A stretch of DNA of 64,000 nucleotides from the human T2T-CHM13v2.0 reference genome, Homo sapiens. The position numbers were made by a program, and so were the translations under genes. This document shows positions 14,018-30,824 of the stretch, in pieces. The stretch spans positions 16,256,001-16,320,000 of the forward strand of contig CP086569.2 in the NCBI GenBank assembly GCA_009914755.4. The letters run 5' to 3'. Within the stretch, counting starts at the first letter, position 1; every line of letters begins with the position of its first letter. Below the pieces are notes generated by a model. It did not search any database, was not told the origin of the DNA, and saw nothing but the letters and a program-made list of their open reading frames with translations.

Positions 14018-16002
14018 TAACTGGACTTTTTTTCTTCCACTGGCTTTCTTAAGATTTGAAGAACCTGACCAACTATCTCAAAACACTGAGGATCCTCAGA
14101 AAAATATTTGATTTTGTGTCTTCTTTGATTTGCCAGAAAGCTGCTTACAGTACTAATTTCATTTACTTTGAATCACTTTTCAGGTTGCTACTTCTAAGGA
14201 TCTATCACTACAAAATAAATGTATAAAACAGCTATTTAAATAGCTTATGATTAATAGCCAATGGAAGAAAAACATAAACTAGAAAATGATAACTCATTGA
14301 ATTTTCCTGATTCTCTACTAAGGTCTCCATATGATTAAACAATGTAAATTATCTTAACTAAACAAGCACAAGTATTATAAAACCCAATCTGATTAAGGCA
14401 TTTAACTCATTGCAGAGAAAGCCATACCAGAGGTTCTAAATAAAAGCAACCTGGTAATAGCCTACCATGCCAGGGTCAAACTTCTTCTCTGCTTCACTTC
14501 TCTGAACCTGTATCCTCACTTCCTATATAATGCAAATAAGACCATCCTGACTATGTCACACGGCCAACATAAAAGTGCAAATGATATAAAGACTGGGAAA
14601 GAGTTTCAGTTTTCAATTCCTTCACAAATAAGAGGTAATAGAAAAGTATGCTTCTTTTAAATAACACATGAAAATGGATTCATTTTGCCTTATTCAACAA
14701 TAAGGCAATAAGTTTCTGTTGATATTGTCTCTGTCAATAATCTCAAATATTAAAGTCTTGCTTTTACAGTCTACTCTCTAAGGAATCCTCTAGAAAGGAG
14801 AGAGTAAGACTTTCCCTGTATTCTTGTGTCTACTGTGCTACGGCGATGAAAGTTCCCACCATATAGAAGTGGTGCAGAAACCACCTCAGGAGAGCAGGTG
14901 TGGTGCAAGGTGCTCCTGACCTCACTGAAACCTGCCCATGACAATGGGCCCAGGTCCCCATGACCCAGGTGCTTGGGGCATACAAGAGACACCTGTCTTC
15001 CCGGACGGAGTGTATAATTCTGTTGGGGATGGGGAGATGCACTTATCCACAACATTTATGTGAAAACCCACATTTGTGTCTATACACCACAGGCTTTCTA
15101 CCTCATCTGCACAGAAGCTTTGCCAAAACACAACTCCAAAATCCTTGAATGGCTTCTTGTCTTTTGAAAAAGAATAACTATGGTTGTATACGGTAAAACA
15201 CCGACTATATAAAATTTACTTTTAATGATTTCTCAGGGTACAATTCTGTGGCATTCAGTACATTCACACTGTTGTACAGCCATCACCACCATCCATGTCC
15301 AGAACTTGTTCATCTCCTGAAGGTGAAACTCTGTCCCCATTAATCGCTAAAACCTCCATCCCCTCCCCCAGCCCCTGGCAATCACAATTCTCCTTTCTGT
15401 CTCTATGGATTTGACAACTCTAGGGACATCATACTGAGACAGGAGAATAAGGTCTGGAGGCAGATTCACACTGACTTCCCAGAACTCAATCAAAAGGAAA
15501 ACTTCAAGTTTCTATGCCCAAGTAACAAAAGGACCAGATCCTATTCCCTTTGCAAGCCTCTCCTACCTTCTCTGTGTGGCAGATGGAAAATTGAAAGTAA
15601 TTCTCACTGGTTGCTTTCTGCAACCATGTCCACTGCTGGCGCCAGAAGGCTGTGAGGCGTTGCTAGGACTAGAGGCAAGCTGGCAGTGCTCTGTATCCTG
15701 GCTGTTCACCTGCCAAGCACTGCCCTCACTGTTTGCTCATCCTGACTGCAGTGTGCAGAGTGTGTTGGCACCTAACACCCCTCAAAGCCTGTCTGTGCAG
15801 CTCCACACTGTGGTCCTATGCTGTGGGCACACCCCTCCCAGAGGGGAAGTGACTTGATTAAACCGAACGTGGTCATTTATCTACTCATTTCCTCTCCTTT
15901 GAGTTGAGAGGTCCTTGAGGTAAGGATTTCTCTTATTCATTATCCTATACTCCTAAAGACTTAGAAATCAGCAGCAGAACCACCACACATTTAAAAAATA
16001 GA

Positions 16003-16300
16003 AACTGGGCCAGGTGTTGTGGCTCATTTCTGTAACCATAGCACTTTGGGAGGCTGCAGCAGGAGGATCACTTGAACCCAGGAGTTTGAAATCAGCCTAG
16101 GGCCATGTCTCTACAGAAAAGAAAAAAAAAAAAAAGCTGGGCATGGTGGGCATACACTTGTAGTGTCAGCTACTCAGCAGGGTGAGGTGGGGGAATAACT
16201 TGAGCCCGGGAGGTCAAGGCTGCAGTAAGCCATGACTGACCACTACACTCCAGCCTTGGCAAGAGGGTAAGATCCTATGTCAAACAAACAAAGCAAAAAA
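16003..16300 (+). mobile_element. Alu (older, AluJ-like)
   Basis: gggccaggtgttgtggctcatttctgtaaccatagcactttgggaggctgcagcaggaggatcacttgaacccaggagtttgaaatcagcc ... ccactacactccagccttggcaagagggtaagatcc...; diverged. Confidence 0.8.
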
Positions 16301-18374
16301 CAGAAATTGTAATTATTTGAGAAACATCTCCACCTGCGCAGTGAGGTAATATCTAGGATGATCAGAAGCAAAGATCTGTATCTTATTTTCCTTAGTCTAG
16401 GATGTTTTCATTACAATTTGCTAAATAACAAGGCAATTAGCTGCCTATGAAAGCCACCATAGTCAGAAAAGAGGAATAATGTCCATATACATCATCGAAT
16501 AATGTGATATTTTAAAGGAAAAAGGGAGTAAGAATTTTAAAGACTCGTCATTTACATTTGACTGGCAAATGGGCTTCTTCCTCCCTACAATCACAAATTT
16601 TCCTGAACATGGGGCTAATTAGATTTGTTAAAAGCAACAGGAGTACAGCATAAGTTGAATGTGTTACCATAACTGTCTGCATACAATTTCCCTTTTCACT
16701 TGTTGTATGTGTCCGTTAATTATGCTATTATCCAAGAAGTACAATCTGCCTAAGTAAAAATCCCTGAGGTCCAGCTTTGCCAGCAGGGCCCCTCCAGTGC
16801 CTGAGAATCAGCTGAGTCTCCCAAATTGAAACCACTACCAGAAACGGAGAGGGGCAAGGCAGACTCCCCAAGAACTGGGGACTTATCCACATGACTTATA
16901 CAGGCCTTAAAGGGCTCAGCCTTGTGGCCTGTGTCAGAACACATCTTCTCCCCTTTGTACTCTGATGTTGTCTACCTCAACAGAAGGTCACCGCCACATC
17001 ATCTGGGGCAATAGAGCACCGTAGCTAAGAGCTATGGACTCTTCATTCCCCAACTGGGTTTGAGGCCAGCCTCCATAATCAGAGGCTGCAAGCTTTTGGG
17101 CAAGAAACTTGACCCCTGCAGCCCTCTCTGCCATTCTCTGTGCTAAGACTGGCTGCTTCTTAGAGGTGGCAGGAGGCTGACACATACCCCCATGAGTGAA
17201 AGCACTGAAAACATGACATGCAGCGAGTCCTCAATGCTTGTGAACCAACACGACCATAGTGGACACCAACAAGGACAAGGGGCATGAATACTCTTTGGGT
17301 GTATGTTTCCTGAACATGGCACAGAGAATGTGTTCTGGGGTTCCTAGGCACTGTCCATCTAATGAGACTCGAAGCCCCAACACCCTGGGTAGATCTAACT
17401 GGCATAGCCCCAGCACCAGGTGATAAATCTGGATGAGGGGAGGCCAGGAATGACAGGCAGGTGGAGACATAGTTTGTGACATGTACACAAATGGGTCCCT
17501 CTCCTGTGAGGCTCCTGCCACCTAGGTGTTATACTGCCCCTCAACACTGAGGCCCGCTGACCAGACTTAGAAAGTAATGGATTATCAAAGCAGCCTATAA
17601 ACCAAGGGCTATAATTCTTCTGCTGGCTTCCTTCCTGGCCTGGTAGCTGACGTTGGTGCTTTCTGGTTCCTAAAGGTAACAGCTGGCCCTGAAGCCACTG
17701 GCACAGGAGACGGAACAAGAGATGTGACTGTGTCAGTGTGGACATATGAAAATCTACAGGACTGTAAATGTGTGGACAGCACAATACCTCCATCACTAAG
17801 GAGGACAAACCAAAGCAGAACAGCTTGCTTGCTGAGGTCCTCTGGAAGCTATCCTTGACACAAGAATCATGTTAGCACTGCACAGACTAATGCAACTTGT
17901 AAGTGCTACCAGGCAGGAAGTGCTCTGAGTGCCTTCCCATCCCAAGGGATGTCCAGCATTTCAGGGATCCACAGTGACAATTCACTTAAGAGCCTAGGAA
18001 AAAGATGTCATCACTTTTGTTAGACCTACTTCCAAAAAAAAAAAAATTGACTAAAAATTTAATTAAAGCATTTGGGATTTCTGTCCCATTAATCTATAGG
18101 TACTTGCTTTGGATGTTGGTGAATTAGTCAGCGGCCTCATTCCATAAAGGTGCATGTAGGTGAGTGTAGTTTAGCATATCTCTGTGTACATGTGGGTCTA
18201 CACACAAATACAGTGGCATCATAAGAAAAGGGCTAAAACGATGTACCCTAAATAGTTAAACACTGAGTAATGGTTACCTCCAGGGAGTGGGAGTTAGAAG
18301 GCTTCCAATTTTAATGCTATGCATTTTTGTATTGTGTGAAGCAAGTGTAATTTGTGTAATTAAAAAAAAAAAAA

Positions 18375-18685
18375 GCCCAGTGTGGTGGCTCATGTCTGTA
18401 ATCCCAGCACTTTGGGAGGCTGAGGAAGGAGGATTGCTTGAGGTAGGAGTTTTGAGACCAGACTGGCAATATATCAAGACTCTGTCTCTACAAAAGAGAA
18501 AAAAAGAAAAAAATCTTAGCTGGGTGTGGTGGCATATACTTGCAGTTCTAGCCATGCCAGAGGCTGAGGTGAAAAGATTGCTTCAGCCCAGCAGTTAGAG
18601 GCTGCAGTGAACTATGATAGCACCACTGTACTGCAGTCTGGGAAACAGAATGAGACTCTATCTCCAGTGGGGAAAAAAAAAAAAG
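18375..18685 (+). mobile_element. Alu (AluJ/S-like)
   Basis: gcccagtgtggtggctcatgtctgtaatcccagcactttgggaggctgaggaaggaggattgcttgag...cactgtactgcagtctgggaaacagaatgagactctatctc + poly(A). Confidence 0.8.
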
Positions 18686-20242
18686 CATATCATGATTGTG
18701 TTTTTTTCTTTTTTTTATCCTGAAGGGATATTCTCCCTACTTAAGATCATCCTTTCATTCCTCTAGTGACAAATTTCAAGAAATGAAAAATTATGTGTTT
18801 CATGAGACACATTGGAAAGGAAAATCTCCTTTACTGAATCCACCAATTCAAATGCTAATCTCCTCCAGAAAAACCCTCACACACACACTCCAAAGAATAT
18901 ACCATCTGGACACCTCATGGCCCAGTCAAGGGGGGTGCATGTCTTTTACCATCACCCTGGCCTTCCTCTGGCCCATCTCTTCTAGGCTGCAGGCATTGTG
19001 TGCCACAAACCCAGAGGATTCTCCCCAAGTGCAGGTTGCATTCTGACATGCCTCCTTTTAAAAATCCCAATAGTTGTCCCTATCCAGAAAGCAAACATAT
19101 GAGCTGGGGAATAAGAAGGTTAACTCATAAAGCCATAATTCCTCTCTGAAGCTTGTGAGCCATGAGAAGCTTGGCTTCATGCTGTATAGAAGCAAACTCA
19201 CTGGCAGACTGGAATCCCCCACATGTGCTGTTTTCCTTTTGAAATGGCTTCTCCAATCTGTATCTCTTTTGTTGTGGACTCCCAGAAGGTCACCCCCTAC
19301 CCCAGGAGCAGCCACTACTCCAAGAATATCTTGCTTTACTTAATTCTATATCCCTTTGGCAACTCTTTCCTGAATTTCTCATTTTGTTTGTAACAATATC
19401 CTCCCATGGGTTTTCACTTGGACACGGTAGATACGCCTAACCTCTCTCCCCAAATGGATGACACACTCCATTAGGAAAGAGATCTTTCTCCTGTGTGCCC
19501 CCAAGCACTTACTCAGCAATACATGCACAAGAATTCAGAGGAAAGAGAGGCAAGTTCTTAGCCGACTTCCAGAGGATGAGTGCCTTCCTGCCAGATGTTC
19601 CTAATGGAAAGGGTGGGGGTGTATCTGTAAACAGTCAGGAAGACAATGATGTAAGAAAATAAACCAAGAACAAAATTAAAAAGAAAAAAGGCAAAAAAGC
19701 AGCCAGGAAGCTTGAACTGAGGGGAGCCCGCCACAGCTGCACAAGGCTTACTGCCTCTCTAGGTTCCAACTCTGTGGGCAGGGTATAGCTGAACAAAAGG
19801 CAGACAGCCTCTGCAGACTTAAACGACCCTGTCTGACAGCTCTCAAGAGAGCAGTGGTTGTCCTAGCATGGCATTCAAGCTCTGAGAATGAACAGACTGC
19901 CTCCTCAAATGGGTCCCTGACCCGAGTGTAGCCTGACTGGAAGACACCTCCCACTTGGGGCCAACAGACACCTCATATAGGTGGGTGCCCCTCTGGGATG
20001 AAGCTTCCAGAGGAAGGATCAGGCAGCAATATTTGCTGTTCTGCAGCCTCTGCTGGTGATATCCAGGCAAACAGCGTCGGAGTTGACCTCCAGCAAACTC
20101 CAACAGAACTGTAGCTGAGGGGCCTGACTGTTAGAAGGAAAACTAACAAACAGAAAGGAATAGCATCAACAACAACAAAAAGGACATCAACACTAAAACT
20201 GCATCTCTAGGTCACCAAAATCAAAGACCAAAGGTAGATACA

Positions 20243-21269
20243 ATGACAAACATTGGAGAAACCAGAGTAGAAAAGCAGAAAATTCCAAAAACCAGAGCAC
20301 CTCTTCTCCAAAGGATCTCAGCTCCTCACCTATAAGGAAACAAAACTGGATGGAGAATTAGTTTGACAAGTTAACAGAAGTAGGCTTCAGAAGGTTGGTA
20401 ATAACAAATTTCTCCGAGCTAAAGGAGCATGTTCTAACCCATTGCAAGGAAGCTAAACACCTTGAAAAAAGGTTAGACAAATGGCTAACTGGAATAAACA
20501 TGTAGAGAAGACTAGAAATGACCTGATGGAGCTGAAAACCAAGGCACAAGAACTTTGTGACACATAAACTAGCTTCAATAGCCAATGCAATCCAGTAGAA
20601 GAAAGGATAGCAGTGGGTGAAGCAAATTAATGAAATAAAGTGAGAAGACAAGATTAGAGAAAAAAGAGTGAAAAACAATGAACAAAGCCTCCAAGAAATA
20701 TGGGACAATGTGAAAAGACCAAATTTACATTTTTGATTGGTGTACCTGAAAGTAACGGGGAGAGTGGAACCAGTTTTGACAGCACTCATCAGGATATTAT
20801 CCAGGAAAACTTCCCCATCCTAGCAAGGCAGGCCAACATTAAATTCAGGAAATGCATAGAACACCACAAAGATTCTTCTAGAGAAGAGCAAACCCAAGAC
20901 ATATAATTGTCGGATTCACCAAGGTTGAAATGAAGAAAAAATATGTTAAGAGCAGCCAGAGAGAAAGGTCAGGTTACACACAAAGGGAAGCCCATGAGAC
21001 TACAGTGGATCTAACAGCAGAAACCCTACAAGCCAGAAGACAGTGGGGGCCAATATTCAACATTTTAAAGAAAAGAATTTTCAACCCAGGATTCCATAGC
21101 CAGCCAAACTAAGCTTCATTAGTGATGGAGAAATAAAATCCTTTACAGACAAGCAAATGCTGAGAGATTTTCTCACCATCAGGCCTCCTTCACAAGAGCT
21201 GCTGAAGAAAGCCCTAAACATAGAAAGGAGCACTGGTACCAGGCACTGCAAAAACATGCCAAAGTGTAA
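20243..21269 (+). pseudogene. L1 ORF1 remnant (disrupted)
   Basis: ORF-track pieces MGQCEKTKFTFLIGVPESNGES...FPILARQANIKF and ...REAHETTVDLTAETLQARRQWGPIFNILKKRIFNP match the L1 ORF1p C-terminal region but are split by stops. Confidence 0.8.
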
Positions 21270-21331
21270 AGACCATCAATGCTATGAAGAAACTTCATCA
21301 ATTAACGGCAAAATAACCAGCTAACATCATA

Positions 21332-24860
<3,529 letters not shown>

Positions 24861-25329
24861 TTGAACAAGGAGAAAACATAGACACAGGGTGGGGAATATC
24901 ACAGACTGGGGCCTGTTGGAGGATGGGAGGATGGGGGAGAGATAGCATTAGGATAAATATCTAGTGTAAATGACAAGTTGATGGGTGCAGCAAACCAAAA
25001 TGGTACATGTATACCTATGTAACAAACCTGCACATTCCTCCCATCTACCCTAGAACTTAATTTATAATAAAAAATAAAAAGAAAAAGAGAAAAAGTAGAA
25101 TGATGGAAACCATAATTATCTAAGTAAGCTAGAGGAGGAAGGCTTACTTACAAGAGGAAGACACGGTTTTGATAGAAAAAGGACCAGAGCCCATGTCATG
25201 TGCATCATGTCCATGTCATGACTGGTGTGTGCTTTTCAACAAAGCTGAGCAGGGATGGAGAATGACCTTACTGACTCCTCAAGGTGGGATTCAGAGTGAG
25301 GACTGGATCCTCCTGGGTTCAGAAATGAC

Positions 25330-25700
25330 ACAAGTGCCTTCTAGGAGCCACTCACTGGACCAGGTGTGACCACACACAATCCAAGTTTGTCTTACAGCAA
25401 AGCCTCAGGTCATAGTATGCTTGTGCAACTGTAACAGAATATCTGGGACTGGAAAATTTGTAAAGAATCGAAATGTATTTCTCACACCTCTGGAGGCTGG
25501 GAAGTCCAATATCAAGGCAACTGTAGGTCTGTCTCTGCAGAGGGCTGCTCCCTGTTTCAAGATGGTACCTTGCAGCTGCAAGGAATTCATCTATCCCAAG
25601 AAATTCATTACTGAAAGGATTTGTTCAAGATACAATGGAGGAAATCATCACAGGCTATATTTTGAATAAGATTTTCTGTTATCCCAAGAGAAGAGTTTTT
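25330..25700 (+). repeat. Old interspersed repeat, unclassified (LTR/MER-like)
   Basis: Contains the widespread human repeat string ...tgtatttctcacacctctggaggctgggaagtccaatatcaaggcaactgtaggtctgtctctgcagagggctgctccctgtttcaagatgg...; family not assigned from memory. Confidence 0.35.
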
Positions 25701-26099
25701 TTTAAGTAATGCGACTTACATTTCCAGTTGTAATATTGTTCTGTTTTAAAATACCTAGAACTCACAAGAAATGCACCACATGCATTTTTTACTCTAAGGT
25801 TTGCACAATTTAAAAGACTTTATTTTCTTAAAATAATTTCAGTCTTGGCTGACTGACAGTTTACAATGACCCATGAAGCCATGTAGGAAATGCCTACAGA
25901 ATAAACTGCTCAAAATGATTTCCCACTAAGGACATCATAGGCCTGCCCACCTTTTTATAGAGAGGGGCTTCCAGAAACCTGATTAGGCAGCAAATAGGCA
26001 GCTGATATGCGAGTGCTTCAGGGCTGTTCTGCCTCGTCTTTCAAGTCCATTAGGTCCACCTTGTCTTCTTAGCAGCTAGACTGACCAAGGCAAAAAGCC

Positions 26100-26510
26100 C
26101 TACTGTACCTTGATCAGGCAGACTTGCCACTGCTTCATAATCAGAGCAAAGACATACTTCTATACCATGATCAAGGCAAGGACATACCTCTGCACCATAA
26201 TCAGGGTGTTGATTCCCTAGTCACTGGCCCAGGCAAACATGTCCCTGCAGCATAATCTTGCTGATGCCCTGGTGATTGGCCAAGAAAGACATACCCCACA
26301 GAATAATAAGGCTGATTCCCTTGTGTTTGACCAAGGGAGACACACCCTGACAGCATAATCAGGCTGATTTTCTGGTGATGGCCAAGGCAGACACCCCCAC
26401 AGCAGGATTAGTCTGATTCCCTGGTGACTGGCCCAGGAAGACACCCCCCAGAGCCTAATCACAGCAATCAGTCCTTGAAGCATGATCAGGCGCTGTTTCT
26501 CCTGGTAATG
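26100..26510. repeat. Minisatellite, ~51-bp unit x ~8 copies (imperfect)
   Basis: Successive units begin cataatcagg.../cataatcttg.../aataataagg.../cataatcagg.../caggattagt.../cctaatcaca.../catgatcagg... Consensus ~CATAATCAGGCTGATTCCCTGGTGACTGGCCAAGGCAGACACCCCCACAG. The minus-strand 99-aa ORF here is a periodic translation of this repeat. Confidence 0.75.
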
Positions 26511-28620
26511 TACCATTCACTCTTGCCATTTAACTTGCTAAATACCTGCTTGGCCTCAGCTGTCACTTTGAAAGCAGATGAAAAATAATGATGTTGAATT
26601 AAGCCCTCCCTACAGGCAGCTTTCTTTTCTAATGAGGTCAAGATGACTTCCACAAACCAACATATCCTACCACAAAATTCTTTCAGAAGGAAAAGAAATG
26701 AAATTAAAGGTTATATTATGATCTACAGCTTAAGAACAGGAACAAAGTAGTACTTAAGCAAAATGAACACCTAGAAGAAGGAAGATGATAGCAGCAAATT
26801 TTGCTGAATGTAGTCACCAGAGCAATGACACTACAATGTCACCTTCCCAGGGGAATTCAGGCTTGGTGCAGATAAAAAACGAGGTGGGAGGAGTGGAAAA
26901 TGAATGGAAACTAGGCCTCCCAGAATGTTCTTTTAGGATGGAAGTTCTATTTTATTTTTATTTTTGTGACTGGTGTAATATTGAGCAGAAACCCTAAGGA
27001 AGAACACATTTCTGGATCAAAATTAGGCACAGCCTATCTTTCTGCTGTACACATCACATCCAACATTGCCCTCCTCTAGTTTGCTTTCCCTTCAGGTTAA
27101 GTATTATTTCTAATCATTTTGTCTTATCCTGCCTAATTCATTTCAGAATATCAAAGCGGCACATCATCTGACCGCTGTTGCTGGCACATCATGTGAGCTA
27201 GCATCCCAGCATGATTTTAAATTTCTTTCCAGTATTACCTTGTGCATTTCTTTATACTCTTCAATTCTTCTGCATGTTCTGCTCTGTCAAAGCACAGCTA
27301 ATTGTGTACATGGCACTCAGATATGATCATTTTCAAAGACAGACTTTCAATATCGTTGATAAGTCCCTACTCACAACCATGCAGCTAGGAGAAATTAAAA
27401 TAAGTATACCTGCATGCACACACACACACACATGCACACATACAAATTGTATGCCAAAAAAAAAAACCAAACAATTTGTCAAGTCAAAAAGAATTAAATA
27501 GTTTCTTTAACCCTGTCACCTGAAATAGGTCAAAAAGTAGTTAAAAAAATAAGAGAGCCATCTAGACAAGTTCTGTAGGACTGAACTAATTTTAAAAAAG
27601 TAGCTCCTGGCTAGTTGTTCATCTTTGATGAGTTTCTATGATTGGCACCTCACTTAATCTGATACCTGCTCACTTAGAAAGCCAAATGAAGACACTATGT
27701 TGATGAGATCATCAAGTAGATTCCATAAAACAAATTCACTACCACTCCACCCAAACTACCAGGCTAGCTAGATAAAACATCATTTTTTTAAGAATTGCAG
27801 TATAATATATTTCAAGTATATCTTCGCATGTAGAACAAAAAATATAGAAGACAAACCATATGAAAGGCTTGGGTAGATGAGCAAGAAATAAGACATATGC
27901 ACACCTCATACATCATGAGTGCTTTGTATGTTAAGTCAGAAGAAATGCTGGGTCACAGAATAACTTTATGGACAAACCTTAGCTACAGTAACAAAGAAAA
28001 AAAAACACTCATATGACTAAAATCAGAAATGCTAGGGCCCACGTTATAACCAATGCCACAAAAATAAATGGAGTATACCATTTGTTGGCATATCCTTTGA
28101 CAACAAATAGGATAACCTAAAAGAAATAAAAGAATTCCTACAAACAAACAACTTATCAAAACTGAATCATAAAGACAGAGAATCACTGAGGATTTTGAAA
28201 AGAGGGGAAAAATGAAGACACAGAAAATCTGAACAGACCTATAAGTAGTAAGGAGACTGAATCAATAATAAAAGAAAATATCCCCAGAAAGAAAAGCCCA
28301 GGACCAACTGGCATCACTGGAGAAGTCTACCAAACATGTAAAATACTGTATGAAAAACAAAATACAGATCAATATCCCTGATGAACACAGATTTAAAAAT
28401 CTAAATAAAATATTAGCTAACATTCCACAACAAATTAAAAGGATCATATACATGAACAAGTGAAGTTTATTCCTGGAATGCAAATACGTTAAACATATGA
28501 AACCACATTTACAGAATAAGAAACCAAAACATAAAGAAAAAAAAACCCTTAATTGATGAGAAAGAAAAAGCATTTGAAAAACTCCAGCACTCTTTCATGA
28601 TGAAAACACTCAAATTGATG

Positions 28621-28732
28621 AGGCAGGAAAATCACTTAAACCCAGGAAGTGCAGCTTGTCGTGAGCCAAGATTGCGCCACTGCACTCCAGACTGGGTGAC
28701 AGAGCAAGACTCCATCTCAAAAAAAAAAAAAA
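28621..28732 (+). mobile_element. Alu fragment (3' part of right arm + poly(A)) inserted in old L1
   Basis: aggcaggaaaatcacttaaacccaggaagtgcagcttgtcgtgagccaagattgcgccactgcactccagactgggtgacagagcaagactccatctcaaaaaaaaaaaaaa. Confidence 0.8.
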
Positions 28733-30552
28733 GTTACCTCAACATATTGAAGGCCTTATATGAGAAGTTCACAGCTAATATAATTCTCAGCAAACACTGA
28801 CGCTTTCTTTCTAAGTTCAGGAATAAGACAAGGACACCCATCTGAACCAGGCAATTAGGCAAGATAACACAATAAAAGGCATCCAAACTGGAAAGGAAGA
28901 AACAAAATTATATTTGCATACTTGCTCACAGATTACATGATCTTATATATAGAAAACACTAAAATTCAGCACATTAAAAAAAGAAAGGTGTTAGAACCAA
29001 TAAACCAATTCAGCAAAGTTGTAGAATACAAATCAAACAAAAATCAGTTGCATTTTAATCTACTAGCAATGAATAACTTGAAGAGAAAATTAAAAACAAT
29101 CCCATTTATAATAGTATACAAAGAACAAAATACCTAGAAATAAGAGAGGTGAAAGACCTGCTTACTGAAACTACAAAACACTACTGAAAGAAAGACAAAT
29201 GAATTGAAAGATTATGCTCATGGGTGGGAAGGCTTAATATTGTTAAGATATTCATAGCATCCAAAGCAATCCTACAGATTCAATGCCATCACTATCAAAA
29301 TCCCAATGGCATTTTGAGCAAAAATAGGAAAAACATCCTAAAATACATATGAAATTTCAAGGGATCCCAAATAGCCAGAACAATCTTGAAAAAGGACAAA
29401 ATTGTGGGTCTCACATGTCAGGATTTCCAAATATATTACAAAGCAGCATTCATCAAAACAGTTCAGTACTGTCCTAAATACTAATAGAATAGAAGAGACA
29501 GCTCAGAAATAAATTGTCACACATTTGTCAACAAGCAGTCAAGACTATTCAATGGAGAAAAGATAAGTCTCTTCAACAAACAGTGCTTGGGAAAACTGGA
29601 TATCTACATGCAAAAGAATGAAACTGCACTCTAATTAACACCATATTCAAAAAATAACTCAAGGTGGATTAAAGTATTGAATGTAAGACCTAAAACTAAA
29701 ATGGCTAGAAGAAAATATAGGTTAAAGCTTCATGAAATTGGATTTGGCAATCGCTTCTTGGCTGTGACACCAAAAGCACAGGTAACAAAGGCAAAATTAC
29801 ACAAATAAGATGACGTGTCATATTCATCTAATCAAAAACTTATGCACACCAAAGATGACAACTAAGCAAAAAGTCAACCAGGAAGGGAGAAAATGATCAT
29901 AAGTCATATGTCTGAAAAGTGCTTAATATCCAGAATACGTAGGAACTCCTACAACATAAGAACAAAAAAAAATTAAAAATAGGCAAAGGATGGGCACAGA
30001 CATTTCTCCAAAGATAATGCAGAAATGGCCAAAAAGAAAATGAAGATTCTCACCATCCCCAACCATCAGATATGCAAATCAAAATCATAATAAGAGATTA
30101 ACTCACACCCATTAGGATGAGTACTGTCAAAAAAATCTAGAAAATGACAAGTTTTGATGAGAATGTGTAAAAATTTGAACCCTTATAGATTGTTGGTGGG
30201 AATATGCAATGGTTTAACAACTATGGAAAACAATATGGTAATCATTCAAAAAATTAAAAATAAAATTGCCACCTCATCCAGCAATTCCACTTCTGGGTAT
30301 ATCCCAACAGAACAGAAAGCAGGAACTCAAAGAGATATTTGTGCACTCATATTTACATTAGCATTATTCACAAGAACAGCTAAGGAGTGGAAGCAAACCA
30401 AATGTCCCTCAACAGATGAACAAATAAACAAAATGTGGTCTAACATAGCATGAAATATTGTTCAGCCTTAAAAAGAAAGAAATTCTTATTGCGTGCTCTA
30501 ACATGGATGAAACTTGAAGGCATTATGCTAAGTGAAATGAGCCAATCAAATA

Positions 30553-30824
30553 TTTTTGAGATGAAGCCTTGCTCTGGTGCAATGGCACCAGCTGGGCTCA
30601 CTACAACCTCCATCTCCCAGGTTTAAGGGATTCTCCTGCCTCAGCCTCCAGTGTAGCTGGGATTACAGGTGCCCATCACCATGCCCGGCTAATTTTTGCA
30701 TTTTTAGTAGAGATGAGGTTTCACCATGTTGGCCAGGCTGGTCTGGAACTCCTGACCTCAGGTCAGCCACCTGCCTCAGCTTCCCAAAGTGTGGGATTAC
30801 AGGCATGAGCGACCACCCCCAGCC
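30553..30824 (-). mobile_element. Alu (full length, minus) inserted in old L1
   Basis: tttttgagatgaagccttgctctggtgcaatggcaccagctgggctcactacaacctccatctcccaggtttaagggattctcctgcc ... gggattacaggcatgagcgaccacccccagcc. Confidence 0.9.

Noticed and set aside
14771-15148. Cluster of four overlapping 62-94-aa ORFs on both strands
   Set aside because: The ORFs are mutually overlapping in unique sequence with no homology or signals. This is typical random ORF noise.
19695-19760. Possibility that the two L1PA copies (19695 and 57056), both plus-strand and both truncated near the same 5'UTR position, are products of a segmental duplication
   Set aside because: Their 5'UTR and ORF1 sequences differ by well over 10%, and their flanks and TSDs are unrelated. 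They are independent insertions of different-age L1PA subfamilies.
26100-26510. Regularly spaced direct repeats that superficially resemble a CRISPR array
   Set aside because: This is a eukaryotic (primate) context. The repeats are contiguous, imperfect and have no unique spacers, which is minisatellite behaviour.
26217-26516. 99-aa minus-strand ORF with internally periodic sequence
   Set aside because: It lies entirely within the 51-bp minisatellite. The periodic peptide reflects the DNA repeat, and there are no splice or start context signals.
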